A DNA stretch of 64,000 nucleotides, taken from the NCBI GenBank assembly GCA_965262715.1, contig OZ253553.1, forward strand, positions 1,184,001 through 1,248,000. Direction: 5' to 3'. The notes beneath the pieces are model-generated. The model was not told the origin of the DNA. It was given only the letters and a program-made list of their open reading frames with translations, and made no database searches. Source of the stretch: Bdellovibrionales bacterium (GTDB taxonomy: Bacteria; Bdellovibrionota; Bdellovibrionia; Bdellovibrionales; JAUICD01). The position numbers were made by a program, and so were the translations under genes. Below are positions 34,170-44,629 of this stretch, piece by piece. Position 1 is the stretch's first letter; each line of letters starts with the position of its first letter.

Positions 34170-35009
34170 ATGAATTATTTGTTCAATAGAATTATACCAT
34201 TGATAGTTTTTATTTTTTCTTTTTATAACCTGCCTGTCAAATCCGAGGTTATATCACAAGAGAAAAAAGAGGTTTCTCCTGCTTCGCAAGAATGTGCAAG
34301 TGAATTAGAAGTGCTCAGGGTGCCACAGGCCTTTGAGAAAGTTGGAACAGTCAACTATATAACTCTTCCTAGGTTTTTGGAACCTTTTGATAAGCCTCAT
34401 TGGACTTATAGATACTCTATTCCTATAACTGGATCAATAAAAAATATTAATCTGTATATAGAAAGGTCCTCTGAAGGTAATCAGATTTCTCATACAATAG
34501 TGCTGGAAAGATTGACGAATGCTTTAAGTGAGCTACCAAAATATCTCTTAAATCAAATTGTGGAAATTTTTGTTATGGTTACGGATAAAGTTAAAAATGG
34601 TAAAAAAGTACGTGCTGATACTTTTGCACCACAGGGTATGAATAAACTTTACCCAGAGAGTGGTATCTATAACGAAATATAATACCCTTTATTTACAATG
34701 CGACATGAGTTAGGGCATATTATAGCAGGTGTAGTGTATGGATATGATAGTGATGGATACCCTGCTATTCCCCAAGAATGGCAGGATGCTAGATTGGCAG
34801 ATGGAAAAATTATTTCTAAATATGATAATGAGAGCATTCAAGAAGACTTTGCTGAAGCTATGAGAGTTTACCTAGAGATTCGTGGAGGTTTTGATAATCC
34901 AAGTATGGCATTTGAATATCGCTATCGCTTTAATATCTTAGATGAAGTTGTGGGAGTAAATCCTTCTTATAGAGAGCAAATAAACAGGAGAGGAAATCCA
35001 CATACTTAG
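34170..35009 (+). pseudogene. Secreted zinc metallopeptidase-like gene with an in-frame TAA at 34680
   Basis: 34170..34682 and 34698..35009 share a frame; MRHELGHIIA...QEDFAE; paralog of 14077..15076. Confidence 0.7.
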
Positions 35010-35076
35010 AGAATTCAAGTGATCTGAAAAAGTCTTAATGAAAGTTAAACAATCAATAAGTTAATAGGTACAAATA

Positions 35077-35376
35077 ATGACTAAAAAATTTAAAAATGCA
35101 AAAGATTTAAAGAGTTACTTAAAAAAGCAATATACTAAAGGTGTTTATTTTTATTCTAACGATAAACGAACAAGGGATTTTCTTAAAAAAACAGGTGTTG
35201 CTATTTGTTATATCGGGGCAGGTTTAACAGGTGCTTGGTTAGGTAGCCGTTTAGGCCCTTATGGAAGTGTTATAGGAGCAACAGTTGGTATTGTTAGTGT
35301 AGCTATAGCAACAAAACAATATGTTGAAATAAGCTTCTATCATGGGAGATTTATTTTAAAGATTGAACCAGTATGA
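35077..35376 (+). CDS. Small glycine-zipper membrane protein
   Basis: GAGLTGAWLGSRLGPYGSVIGATVG GxxxG repeats. Confidence 0.55.
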   Translation: MTKKFKNAKDLKSYLKKQYTKGVYFYSNDKRTRDFLKKTGVAICYIGAGLTGAWLGSRLGPYGSVIGATVGIVSVAIATKQYVEISFYHGRFILKIEPV

Positions 35377-35632
35377 TATGTAATCTATAGAGATATAGTA
35401 TGTAGTTTTAAGTTAAGAGCTTCTAATGAGATTTATTCTATTTTTATTTATTCTTATTTCAAGCTCTTTTATATAAGTTTATCAACTTTTAAATCCATAA
35501 TCTTTATGAAAATTTTACAAAATTGGAAAGCATTATTGTAATAACAACCAAAATATGATAAATAGACTTATACATTTACATTTTAAATAAAGATTTATTT
35601 TGATATTTAATTTTAAAAGGAGATTTCTTATT

Positions 35633-36481
35633 ATGAAAAAAATCAGTTCTAATTTAACCATTGCAGCAGGGCTTCTAACAATAACTTTGATAGCATGTTC
35701 TAAAACAACATCCCCACCTTCTAGCTCTACTGATCAAGGACAAGAAGATTCTCAATGTATAAAAGATCTTAATAATATTAAATATTTTAACTATACGACA
35801 AGTGATAAAGTTGAAAGCCTGCTTAATTTAATCGAAGATTCCAAAATAGAAATAATGGAATATAGCATGGAAATAATGAAACTAAATACTCCTAGTCATA
35901 TCAATTGTCTTTCAGGCGATGACCCAACAGAAATACCAGATAGTTGCACTACTCATCAAGACTTAACTGATTACCTTACCTCACAAAAGACAATACAACC
36001 AATATCAAGACTCAAAAACAGAGCTTATGAGACATTGATTACACAATTCGGTCTTACTTTAAATGATATTAAAAGTAGTATGAATTTTATAGAATCGATG
36101 CTAATTGAATATCAACCTGCTGTTGATCATCAAGAACAAGACTCAAAATGCTTAAATAAACTTAACAGTATTAATAGCGCTAATGATATAAATATAGATG
36201 AAATTGAGTCTCTAATAAGTTCGGTCCAAGACTTCAATGGAGAGATGATAAGGTATCATATTGATATTCTCACTCTAACAGTTAATTTATCTTACCTTAG
36301 ATGTTTTTTTACGAGAACGCAAAGTTCAAATAATTGTACTGATGAAGACTTGACTAATTATCTTATCTCACAAAGAAGAGCAAGGCCAATAATACAAGAG
36401 AAAGCAGGTGCTTATACTATGCTGATCGAACGGGTAGACTCTCATTTAAGGGACATCAGGACAAGAATACAAACCTTATAA
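35633..36481 (+). CDS. Lipoprotein with an internally duplicated Cys-containing domain
   Basis: AAGGAG RBS, lipobox LIAC; QEDSQCIKDLNNI...DLTDYLTSQK repeated as QEQDSKCLNKLNSI...DLTNYLISQR. Confidence 0.75.
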   Translation: MKKISSNLTIAAGLLTITLIACSKTTSPPSSSTDQGQEDSQCIKDLNNIKYFNYTTSDKVESLLNLIEDSKIEIMEYSMEIMKLNTPSHINCLSGDDPTEIPDSCTTHQDLTDYLTSQKTIQPISRLKNRAYETLITQFGLTLNDIKSSMNFIESMLIEYQPAVDHQEQDSKCLNKLNSINSANDINIDEIESLISSVQDFNGEMIRYHIDILTLTVNLSYLRCFFTRTQSSNNCTDEDLTNYLISQRRARPIIQEKAGAYTMLIERVDSHLRDIRTRIQTL

Positions 36482-36539
36482 GCTATATCCTTCACTGCCA
36501 TATAATAGTGTATATGTTAAATGTGTAGCGTACGTACAT

Positions 36540-36606
36540 AAAATATGGTGGTGGAGGGCTTTGTGTGGGTGCGGGGATATTTAAAGGTACAATAGAATAC
36601 TTGCTC
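36540..36606 (-). repeat. Degenerate copy of the actF 3' end (most decayed)
   Basis: Aligns by eye to 40055-40120. Confidence 0.75.
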
Positions 36607-36751
36607 ATTTCCAATTCACCTTTATAAAAATCAATTTATTATATAACAATTTATGTCAGTAAATTTTGATATTTGTGACAAAGAGGGTCATTCTCCTTTT
36701 ATTTATACGGCTTCAAATACTTTTTTTCAAACTTTCATCTCAATTGAAAAA

Positions 36752-36766
36752 TGGTATACTATTTGC
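36752..36766 (+). promoter_or_regulatory. Sigma-54-like promoter upstream of the ankyrin gene
   Basis: TGGTATACTATTTGC. Confidence 0.5.
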
Positions 36767-36933
36767 TTTCAATAAGTAGTATTGTAGTTTATGCATGTTT
36801 AATTTTACTCGTAAAAATAATGAGTTAGACATACACTTAACTTCACAAAGTATGATTTTTTTACAAAAAACCTCTAAACCTATGAAAAGTTTACAAGGTT
36901 ATAAAATATCATTTTTAAAAAAGGAGATCTTTT

Positions 36934-37437
36934 ATGAAATTTAAGCTAATATTTTTCACATTTTTATTTACTTTTATCTTTTCTCAAAATTTACTTGCTC
37001 AAACTTTAAATGAAAAAAATCAAGCTATTGATACTGCCAATGATAGTTGCCCAGCTTTATTTTATGCAGTTATAAATAAAGAGGCAGATATTGTAAGAAC
37101 TTATCTTGAAGATGGAGCAAACCCCAATAGGTCTTTAGAAAGTTGTCCTTTTTCTTCGTTCAAATTAAAATTACCATCATCTACTCTCCCTACTGGAGCT
37201 TTTTTCCGTAATCTATTTCGAGAAGATATTTTTATCGATTATCCTGAAGGCACAACATTACTTCATATAGCTGCTTACATTACTGCTTATGGAGATTATG
37301 ATATCTACAATCTACTTCTTAAGCATGAAGCTGATGATCTTGTAAGAGATGAGAATTCTAATCCACCAAACATGTTCATACTTTCAAAGGCCTGTGTATC
37401 TCCTCACAGTTTAGAAATACAAGAATGCATATTTTAG
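36934..37437 (+). CDS. Secreted ankyrin-repeat protein
   Basis: Signal peptide; ALFYAV...IVRTYLEDGANPN and GTTLLHIAA...IYNLLLKHEAD ankyrin-like repeats. Confidence 0.75.
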   Translation: MKFKLIFFTFLFTFIFSQNLLAQTLNEKNQAIDTANDSCPALFYAVINKEADIVRTYLEDGANPNRSLESCPFSSFKLKLPSSTLPTGAFFRNLFREDIFIDYPEGTTLLHIAAYITAYGDYDIYNLLLKHEADDLVRDENSNPPNMFILSKACVSPHSLEIQECIF

Positions 37438-37574
37438 AGCTTATATGTATTAAGAAAGTTGCAAGCTTAAGCTTGAATATACTTATATGCTTCAAGTTGA
37501 TGGCCGACAAATGTAATTTAGAGCAATTATAATAAAAATTCAGTTATTTATAAAAATGTCCATGCTATATATCG

Positions 37575-37739
37575 AATATGGTGGTGCAGGGCTTTGTAAG
37601 CACAAGGACCCTTTAAAGGCGCAATAGAGTGCTTACTTAAAAATGCATTACAAAGAATAAGAATAAACTTAAACTTAAACTTAAACTTAAACTTAAACCG
37701 CCTAAAAACATAGCCAGCTCAGTAAATCCAAAAATAATC
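37575..37739 (-). repeat. Degenerate copy of the actF 3' end with an (aaactt)n expansion
   Basis: Aligns to 40057-40198 including aaaccgcctaaaaacat.gccag.tcagtaaatccaaaaa. Confidence 0.85.
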
Positions 37740-37753
37740 TCTCTAATTAATTA

Positions 37754-38251
37754 TCAGCTTGCTTTTTTAAAACTCCATAACTTATTTGATGATAGATGAA
37801 ATTCTAACCATTTTACCTTTATTAACTTGTTTTCTAAAAATAATTTGTGAAGATTATCATTACAACCAGGTATCTGTTCAAGTACTAATGACCTTACAAG
37901 CCTATCAAAAATCTCTTGTATTTTTGCTTTCTCATTTTCAAGTCTTGACAGATGCTCTGCTTCATAACCAATAAGTTTTGAAAAAGTAGAAGCTGAATAA
38001 CCAAGATATTTTCTTAAAAATCTTATTTCCTTTCCTGTCAATAATTCAGTTTTCTTAACCAGATAATAGGCTATTAGTTTATGAAGTTCATCTAAATCCA
38101 TAAAATGATAATAAATCTCTCCACACTCATTGCATACACTTGTCTTTATATTATAAAGGATAACATTGTCTAAACCACATTCTTTATAACGATATTTACT
38201 GAGTGTTTTCACTTTTAGATTTTGTTTGTTTGTACATATTGAACATTTCAT
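37754..38251 (-). CDS. MqsA-like antitoxin (Zn ribbon + HTH)
   Basis: CSIC...GLDNVIL...CNECGE, LTGKEIRFLRKYLG HTH. Confidence 0.85.
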   Translation of the reverse strand: MKCSICTNKQNLKVKTLSKYRYKECGLDNVILYNIKTSVCNECGEIYYHFMDLDELHKLIAYYLVKKTELLTGKEIRFLRKYLGYSASTFSKLIGYEAEHLSRLENEKAKIQEIFDRLVRSLVLEQIPGCNDNLHKLFLENKLIKVKWLEFHLSSNKLWSFKKAS

Positions 38252-38264
38252 AATAAAGGACCTC

Positions 38265-38663
38265 TTATTTTCTTTTATCCCATGCTGTTACTATATTAAA
38301 CCCATCTCCATTTTCATGAAAGGCTAATACAACAACAATAAAACCTAACTCTAAACAATAACGGTAACGGTAACGGTAACGGTAACGGTAACGGTAACGG
38401 TAACGGTAACGGTAACGGTAACGGTAACGGTAACGGTAACGGTAACGGTAACGGTAACTACCTTTTTCTAACTCACCTTCACGAAAAATCATGGAACGCA
38501 GATTTTTCAAAACATTCCAAATATCAAAAGTTGTTAAATCATCTTGTTTCATCTCACTTAGTGCGTGCTTAGAAAAATAAATATTATTGCGATGATTCTG
38601 AACAATTTTGACGATCAACTTCCTTGCTAAATTCCTATCCACTCTTGATGTTTGATAATTCAT
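38265..38663 (-). CDS. DUF4258-like toxin with an in-frame (YR)16 expansion
   Basis: FSKHALSEMKQDDL...IVTAWDK; upstream of an MqsA-like antitoxin. Confidence 0.75.
   Translation of the reverse strand: MNYQTSRVDRNLARKLIVKIVQNHRNNIYFSKHALSEMKQDDLTTFDIWNVLKNLRSMIFREGELEKGSYRYRYRYRYRYRYRYRYRYRYRYRYRYRYRYRYCLELGFIVVVLAFHENGDGFNIVTAWDKRK
38359..38458. repeat. (TAACGG)16 microsatellite
   Basis: 16 perfect hexamer units plus TAAC. Confidence 0.97.
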
Positions 38664-38732
38664 TATTGATATAATATCAATAGTTGATTTTTTGTCAAGT
38701 CTAAATATTCAAAAGTATACTAATTTTGGTCA

Positions 38733-39002
38733 GTGAGTTTTGGTATTTGGGACAAAAATAGTCACTCTTCTTTTATTTACAATGCCTCAAATACTATTTT
38801 TTCAAGCTTTTATTCAAATTGCGAGATGGCATATAATTTGCTTTGGGAGTATGAAGCAGATAACAGCATTCTTGATGCAAATGGCAATTCACCACATATA
38901 TTAGGAGTTGGAATACCTTGTCTTACTGATCAGTTAGAAGTAGTTAGCTGTTTTTCAGGAATTGGTCAACATTTCGAACCTCCACAAAATGCCAAAAGAT
39001 AA
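38733..39002 (+). pseudogene. C-terminal remnant of an ankyrin gene paralog
   Basis: YNLLWEYEADNSILDANGNSP...C...LEVVSCF versus YNLLLKHEADDLVRDENSNPP...C...LEIQECIF; 38729-38812 also matches 36656-36738. Confidence 0.65.
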
Positions 39003-39190
39003 AACCTAGTCGAGATAAAATAATAGCAATTATTATGAATTAAGTAAAAAACTCATTTTGTCAGTGAGTTTTGATCTTTATGATAAAAATAATAATGATA
39101 ATAAGTGTAATAGAACTTTAAATCACTAATTAAATTCGTTCAACTTTCATTGAAACACAAGTTTTTACACCCATCATATTATATTGTAAA

Positions 39191-39288
39191 TCAAATGTGA
39201 TGGTGGAAGGCTTCGTGAGTGTGAGGGTCCTTTAAAGGAACAATGGATGCTTACTTAAAAAACACATTATTAAAGAATAAAAGTAAAA
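39191..39288 (-). repeat. Degenerate copy of the actF 3' end (closest to actF)
   Basis: aaatgtgatggtggaaggcttcgtgagtgtgagggtcctttaaaggaacaatggatgctt versus 40056-40117. Confidence 0.88.
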
Positions 39289-39308
39289 TTAGGTCACTTT
39301 AGCTATTT

Positions 39309-39698
39309 TTAATTAGACGGAATATGTGACTGATCTAAATAAGAAGAAATAAATTTTAAAAATATATTTTTCTGTTTTGTATTTTTTATTGATATGATAA
39401 ATTCTTTATCCTTCTTAGAGTGTTTTATTTGATCCTTTAAAATATTATAAAAACTTTCACTACTGTGACCCAATATTCTTGCAGCTTTAGCTATAAGTTC
39501 TAGATGAGGTATAATTTTGTCATTTTCAATATCACTTAAGTATTTTTTAGAAATATTTAATTTTTTGGCTAAATCACTTTGAGTGATCTCAAGTTGTTTC
39601 TTTCTTATAGCCTTTATAACACTGCCTATAGTGAGAGGTCCACATAAACTCTCTACCCATTGAATATGTTCATTAAGTGTCTTATTTACTGTAGTCAT
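39309..39698 (-). CDS. XRE/HigA-like HTH antitoxin
   Basis: ITQSDLAKKLNISKKYLSDIENDK HTH. Confidence 0.8.
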   Translation of the reverse strand: MTTVNKTLNEHIQWVESLCGPLTIGSVIKAIRKKQLEITQSDLAKKLNISKKYLSDIENDKIIPHLELIAKAARILGHSSESFYNILKDQIKHSKKDKEFIISIKNTKQKNIFLKFISSYLDQSHIPSN

Positions 39699-39719
39699 GT
39701 TTTGAAACTCTTTCTATTC

Positions 39720-39977
39720 TTATAAATCGATTATCATTATCTTCTTTTTCTTTATAAGCTCTATATATACTCGATAATATTTATTTAGTCTTAAGGCTCT
39801 ATATCCTCGCCACTTGCCTTTAAGCTGATGATCTTTGTACCCTTTAGTTTTCAGTGTTGTTATTTTGTCATTTTTTGTTTGAATATCTTTTAAAAATTTT
39901 AGATACAACCTTTTTATATCTAAAGGCAACTTCTCAAGTTGTTTTCTTATTTTCTTATCTTGTATAACGTATATCAT
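39720..39977 (-). CDS. RelE/HigB/YafQ superfamily toxin
   Basis: YKDHQLKGKWRGYRALRLNKYYRV; toxin-first arrangement. Confidence 0.8.
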   Translation of the reverse strand: MIYVIQDKKIRKQLEKLPLDIKRLYLKFLKDIQTKNDKITTLKTKGYKDHQLKGKWRGYRALRLNKYYRVYIELIKKKKIMIIDL

Positions 39978-40053
39978 ACTTTATATCTTCTCTAAAGCAA
40001 ACACCAACAATGAATTGTATGATTATTGAGCGAATTATCATAATATTTACATA

Positions 40054-41235
40054 TTAAATGTGGTGCTGGAGGGCTTCGTGAGTGCGAGGATCTTTTAAAG
40101 GAACAATTGGATGCTTGCTTAAAAAACGCATGACAAAGAATAAAAATAAACTCAAACCGCCTAAAAACATGGCCAGTTCAGTAAATCCAAAAACAATATG
40201 TCCTTCATTGAAATTAGGATAAACAAGCCAATAAATATCTACATACTGCATCACTAAAATCAAAATGGCAATAAGGCTTAACCAATCTACATTTCTCTTT
40301 GCAGCCCTTGGAAGCAGTGCCAAGAAAGGCACAATGAATTTAAAAAGCAATAAAGAGTAACTGATGGCCATCCACCCTCCATGCGCTCTATGTATAAAGA
40401 AAATAGTCTCTTCTGGAAGATTGGCATACCAAATCAACATAAACTGCGAAAAAGCAATGTAAGCAAAAAAGATAGTGAAAGCAAAAAGTAGTTTGCCTAA
40501 GTCATGAATGTGATTTTGATTGACCAAATTATCTAAAAGCCCTCTCTTCATCATCCATACTGTAAGCACAATCAAAAAGGCTAAGGCAGATTGAAAAAGT
40601 CCTGCAAAACAATACACACCAAAAATAGTGGAAAACCAATGTGGGTGTAAGCTCATCAAATAATCTACACTAAAAAGTGAATAAGAAATGGCAAAGAAAA
40701 GTAAAAACCCAATGGACCATCTTCTACTTTTATGAGTTCTATTCTCATCTCCATCCTCATCCTGCTTTAAAGAATGACCTACAATAATTTTTGCCAGTAG
40801 TATCCAGCCACCGAAAAATATCACTGTTCTGATAACGAAAAAAGGTAAATTCAAGTAAGGTTCTTTTCTCTGTAAAATAGGGTCACCCGCCACCACTTCT
40901 TCGTGCAGCCACTCAAATAAACTATCCCCTCCAAAAAGGATCAATATCAATCCCAATAAAAAAGCTATTGGTAAAAAAGAGGTCAACCCTTCAGCTATCC
41001 GACGAACTGTAACGCTCCAGCCCGCATTAACCGTATGCTGAATGGCTACAAAAAACAATCCCCCTAAAGATAAACTCACAAAATAAAAAAAGCTGGTTAA
41101 AAAAGCCGGCCAAAAAGTATAAACACGCCCTGAAATATGTAAAGCAAATGCAGTTATAGCAACTAGTAAAGAAAGAAAAATAAACCATTTTAAATAACGA
41201 GGGAAATGCATTGGCTTTGGGTTTAAAGTAGACAT
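40054..41235 (-). CDS. actF: Alternative complex III subunit ActF
   Basis: Polytopic membrane protein; AGWSVTVRRIAE, HWFSTIFG, HDLGKLLF, SQFMLIWYANLPEE. Confidence 0.9.
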   Translation of the reverse strand: MSTLNPKPMHFPRYLKWFIFLSLLVAITAFALHISGRVYTFWPAFLTSFFYFVSLSLGGLFFVAIQHTVNAGWSVTVRRIAEGLTSFLPIAFLLGLILILFGGDSLFEWLHEEVVAGDPILQRKEPYLNLPFFVIRTVIFFGGWILLAKIIVGHSLKQDEDGDENRTHKSRRWSIGFLLFFAISYSLFSVDYLMSLHPHWFSTIFGVYCFAGLFQSALAFLIVLTVWMMKRGLLDNLVNQNHIHDLGKLLFAFTIFFAYIAFSQFMLIWYANLPEETIFFIHRAHGGWMAISYSLLLFKFIVPFLALLPRAAKRNVDWLSLIAILILVMQYVDIYWLVYPNFNEGHIVFGFTELAMFLGGLSLFLFFVMRFLSKHPIVPLKDPRTHEALQHHI

Positions 41236-41241
41236 ATTTTA

Positions 41242-41877
41242 TTATCCCTCTTCCTCTTTCTTTTCACTATCATCTTTGTTTTCTTCTACCGGTGGTTGCG
41301 CCTCAGGTGTCTCTTCTTCCGCATGAGCTTGCAAGCGACGTATAAAGTGAACTAAGGCCCAACGGTCTTCTTCATTTGGAATCTGAGAAGCAAAACTACC
41401 CATAAGCCCTCTGCCTACAACAATCATGTGGTAAATACCACCATCTGCCCAATCTTTGATCTTTTGACTAGCTAAGGATGGAGGCTTTAATACAGTCTTG
41501 GCAGCTACAGGTCCATCCCCAATACCCGTTGTACCATGACAAACTCCACAATAAATATAATACATCTTTTGCCCACGCTGTAAGGTCTCAAAGTTTCCAT
41601 ATAACGGGTTAAATAATAACTGCTCAGCTTCTTCAGATGTCTTAATATCATAAGGCCTGTGCCCTTTAGGTATAGCTCCTTCAGGAGGCCTTCTCATTGC
41701 AAAAGATCCAGGTTTTTTCTCATCGTAATCCTGTGGCTCTATGGCTGGAGATTGCATCATATCTTGGATCAACTCAATTTGAGGATCTCGCTTTGAACCG
41801 CACCCACTCATTATTAATGATAAGATCATTATCACAAATAACTGCTTTTCAAGATAACTCATCTTCTTCTCACTCAA
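41242..41877 (-). CDS. actE: Alternative complex III subunit ActE (monoheme cytochrome c lipoprotein)
   Basis: Lipobox MSGC; CGVCH heme motif; DRWALVHFIR. Confidence 0.9.
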   Translation of the reverse strand: MSEKKMSYLEKQLFVIMILSLIMSGCGSKRDPQIELIQDMMQSPAIEPQDYDEKKPGSFAMRRPPEGAIPKGHRPYDIKTSEEAEQLLFNPLYGNFETLQRGQKMYYIYCGVCHGTTGIGDGPVAAKTVLKPPSLASQKIKDWADGGIYHMIVVGRGLMGSFASQIPNEEDRWALVHFIRRLQAHAEEETPEAQPPVEENKDDSEKKEEEG

Positions 41878-42329
41878 AAAGGTTTATATCTCATTAAAAT
41901 CTTGTAACTTTAAATACATCTACTAGTGACATGAATTTTTATATAGATCATACTAAAATCATATTGTTTCGATAAGCAAGTAAAATCAGCCAGAAATTGT
42001 CGGTTGTAAATAAAAAATAGTTTTTATTAGGACAATCTAAGATGTGTTTTTATCCTTGATTTCTTTAAGATTTTATACGAGAATGCCACCACAAACTATG
42101 GCAGCAGCTTTATAAATGTGAAATTATCAGAAGATTTTTTCTCTCCTTCTTAAAAATCTCTTTGGAAGAAAAGTGTAACCTATGTGCTGAAAACACACTA
42201 TAGCCTATCTGCCTAGAACGGATTTCAGCACACTCTACGAACCCTTTACAGCCTAAACAATATGACTTTCTTCTAACTCCACTTTTAAGATAAGAATACA
42301 TCGTCTTTAATCTTCTTATCCTTTATATC

Positions 42330-42701
42330 TTAAGAAGCATAAAAGCAAAGTATTTCATTGTTACCTGATTGGTTACAGGACATACCAGAATATGGATCAA
42401 AGCCTTCTGGAAACACTGTAAGATTATTAAATAGAATGACAGATGTTTGATCGTTTTTTATATGTTTTATGTTCATGACTTCTGTAAGATTTCTACCACG
42501 AAAATCATAGACGCTAGTAGTTTTATATCTTCTGACATCATTAATCAAAAAGGGAGAAGACGTGGGAGGGCCACCCCATATACCTTCATAGTGCTGTTCT
42601 GAATAATTATATCCAGAATAAGCAGATACTTTCGATACAGTAAAAATTGTCATTAATAAGCAACAAGCGGCTATACTATAAAAAACATGGCTCAGATTCA
42701 T
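42330..42701 (-). CDS. Secreted hypothetical protein inserted between actD and actE
   Basis: GGAGG RBS, signal peptide ending VSA. Confidence 0.6.
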   Translation of the reverse strand: MNLSHVFYSIAACCLLMTIFTVSKVSAYSGYNYSEQHYEGIWGGPPTSSPFLINDVRRYKTTSVYDFRGRNLTEVMNIKHIKNDQTSVILFNNLTVFPEGFDPYSGMSCNQSGNNEILCFYAS

Positions 42702-43084
42702 AAATACCTCCTTAAGTTCCAGAAAAGCCCTTTAAATAATATGTTCTTATTTCATAAAACCCTTTAAAAGTCAAGGTTCTAGCTTTTATAAGAATTTATA
42801 TGTTTTATAATTTATTTTAATGAAAAGGTATTTATTGAACGTTAACCATCTATTCATTACGTTTTGACAATAAAGAAGGTTTCTTGAAAAATATTCACGA
42901 AAACCAATTGCCGGTTTGCTTTGACTGCCAGCTTCCTAGGAAAACCAAGAACAAATTATATCTTTTCTTTTGGTTCATAACACTTTAAGGAGTTAAATTT
43001 TACGATTAGTAATGTCTTTTTATTTACTTTTTAATCGGGCAAATCAGATAGCCAGCAAATAGCACTGGTAACAAAAGCCCGCTT

Positions 43085-43654
43085 TTAGAAGTTTTGGTAG
43101 AACTCTACACCGCTAGATTTTAAACCTTCTATATGTTTTTTCGATTGCTCACCTTCATACTTAGGGTCATTTTCTGAAATATAAAGAGCAAATTTATGAC
43201 AACTCAAATCATTATTTAAAATAGGAGGGTTGATTTGAGGAAGTCTGCAAAGCAACAAAACAGCCCCAAAACTTGCTAGGCCAGCAAATAAAACTGTTAT
43301 TTCGAAAATAATAGGTACAAATGCAGGTAAAGAGAAAAAAGGCTTACCCGCAATATTTAAAGGATAATCCACAGCAGACGTCCACCACTGAAACCAAGTT
43401 GCAAAAACACAGCCTGTCAAACCTGCAAAAAAAGTAAACCAAGGAATAATAGACCGCTTTAAACCCATCACATCGTCCATACCATGAATGGGAAAAGGTG
43501 ATATAGTATCAAATTTCCTATACCCTGCTAAGTAAGTTGCCTTTGCTGCTTCTAATAAATCATCTTCACTATCAAAATAACCAACAACACCACCTGTCTT
43601 TGTAGTTTCTTTTTTTTCATCACAACAAAAAAGAGCACCTAAAAACTTCAACAT
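43085..43654 (-). CDS. actD: Alternative complex III subunit ActD (DUF3341)
   Basis: SPFPIHG, DYPLNIAGKP, PAFVPIIFEITVL. Confidence 0.9.
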   Translation of the reverse strand: MLKFLGALFCCDEKKETTKTGGVVGYFDSEDDLLEAAKATYLAGYRKFDTISPFPIHGMDDVMGLKRSIIPWFTFFAGLTGCVFATWFQWWTSAVDYPLNIAGKPFFSLPAFVPIIFEITVLFAGLASFGAVLLLCRLPQINPPILNNDLSCHKFALYISENDPKYEGEQSKKHIEGLKSSGVEFYQNF

Positions 43655-43717
43655 AATTTGTCTTTCTCCTATTTCTTCTATTTAATCCCTTTTATTTTAA
43701 TATATCTTCATAGAAGT

Positions 43718-44629
43718 TTATGAAGTTCTCTTTAATATGCTGCACAATTTTTTATCTATATTACCTAATAACTCAATATGAGGAATTTTTAAATTACTTA
43801 GGACTTTATTAAATTTTTTAAACCCATCCCTACCTCTTAACTCAACCCATTCAATATTCGACTTATCTAGCCGTTTTTTAATTTTCTCAGAAAGTTTATC
43901 AGCCACAAAAACTTCACTACCTCGTGCAAAAGCTGCATCTGCGCTTTCTGGATTTCCTTTTCCCATTAGCTTAACTTCACATTTATAATGTTTGCTATCT
44001 TTAATCAAATAAAAATCTACCTCTCTTTCAAAATCATTATCATTATCCTTTCCCCTTTTTATTTTTGACTTATAGCATTCTTTAGGAACTTCATATAACA
44101 TGCATAATGTCTGCATTAATGGCTTTTCAACTCTTTTGCCTGCCATACTCCAAAGGCCACCTCTCAATGCAGATCTCTTTACAGCTAAGGCATTTATAAC
44201 AATCAAACTTTCACTTATATTAAGATCAACACTAACACCTTTAAATTTAACGGTGAGAATTAAATCTAAATCATTTTCAGTATCAATTAATCTTTTAATA
44301 GACTGATAAATTAATTTATAATTGTCATTAGCAGCATCTATAACGATCTCTTTTGTCGAAGAATTAAACATATTATGAATAGTTTTTTTGTTTAAACCTG
44401 AATTAATAGCAATATCCTTTGTTGGTAGGCTAGGATCTAAAAATGATTTTTTATACCAATCAACTGTAATATTTTTGTTCTTTAATTTGGCACTCACGAT
44501 ATCTTTAAAAAAACTAACTGCAAATTCTAAAAATCTTAAATTAATGAGAGTAATCACTTCGATTCGATAGTCCTCACCTTTAATTAGTTTTCTAATAATG
44601 TTTCTTACAACTTCTGTTGTTATAGTCAT
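43718..44629 (-). CDS. CfrBI-family type II restriction endonuclease
   Basis: RGGLWSMAGKRVEKPL, REVDF...CEVKLMGKGNPESADA (PD-(D/E)xK). Confidence 0.8.
   Translation of the reverse strand: MTITTEVVRNIIRKLIKGEDYRIEVITLINLRFLEFAVSFFKDIVSAKLKNKNITVDWYKKSFLDPSLPTKDIAINSGLNKKTIHNMFNSSTKEIVIDAANDNYKLIYQSIKRLIDTENDLDLILTVKFKGVSVDLNISESLIVINALAVKRSALRGGLWSMAGKRVEKPLMQTLCMLYEVPKECYKSKIKRGKDNDNDFEREVDFYLIKDSKHYKCEVKLMGKGNPESADAAFARGSEVFVADKLSEKIKKRLDKSNIEWVELRGRDGFKKFNKVLSNLKIPHIELLGNIDKKLCSILKRTS

Noticed and set aside
34680..34682. Stop-codon reassignment or programmed readthrough
   Set aside because: TAA terminates many core genes in this window; a nonsense mutation is simpler
36540..40198. CRISPR array or integron attC array
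   Set aside because: Repeats are long, degenerate, derived from actF coding sequence and spaced by ~1-1.6 kb; no cas or intI gene, no attC-type structure seen
42050..42320. Possible IS1595-like transposase Zn-ribbon remnant (CLGC...EIRSR)
   Set aside because: Too short and degenerate to support without a profile search
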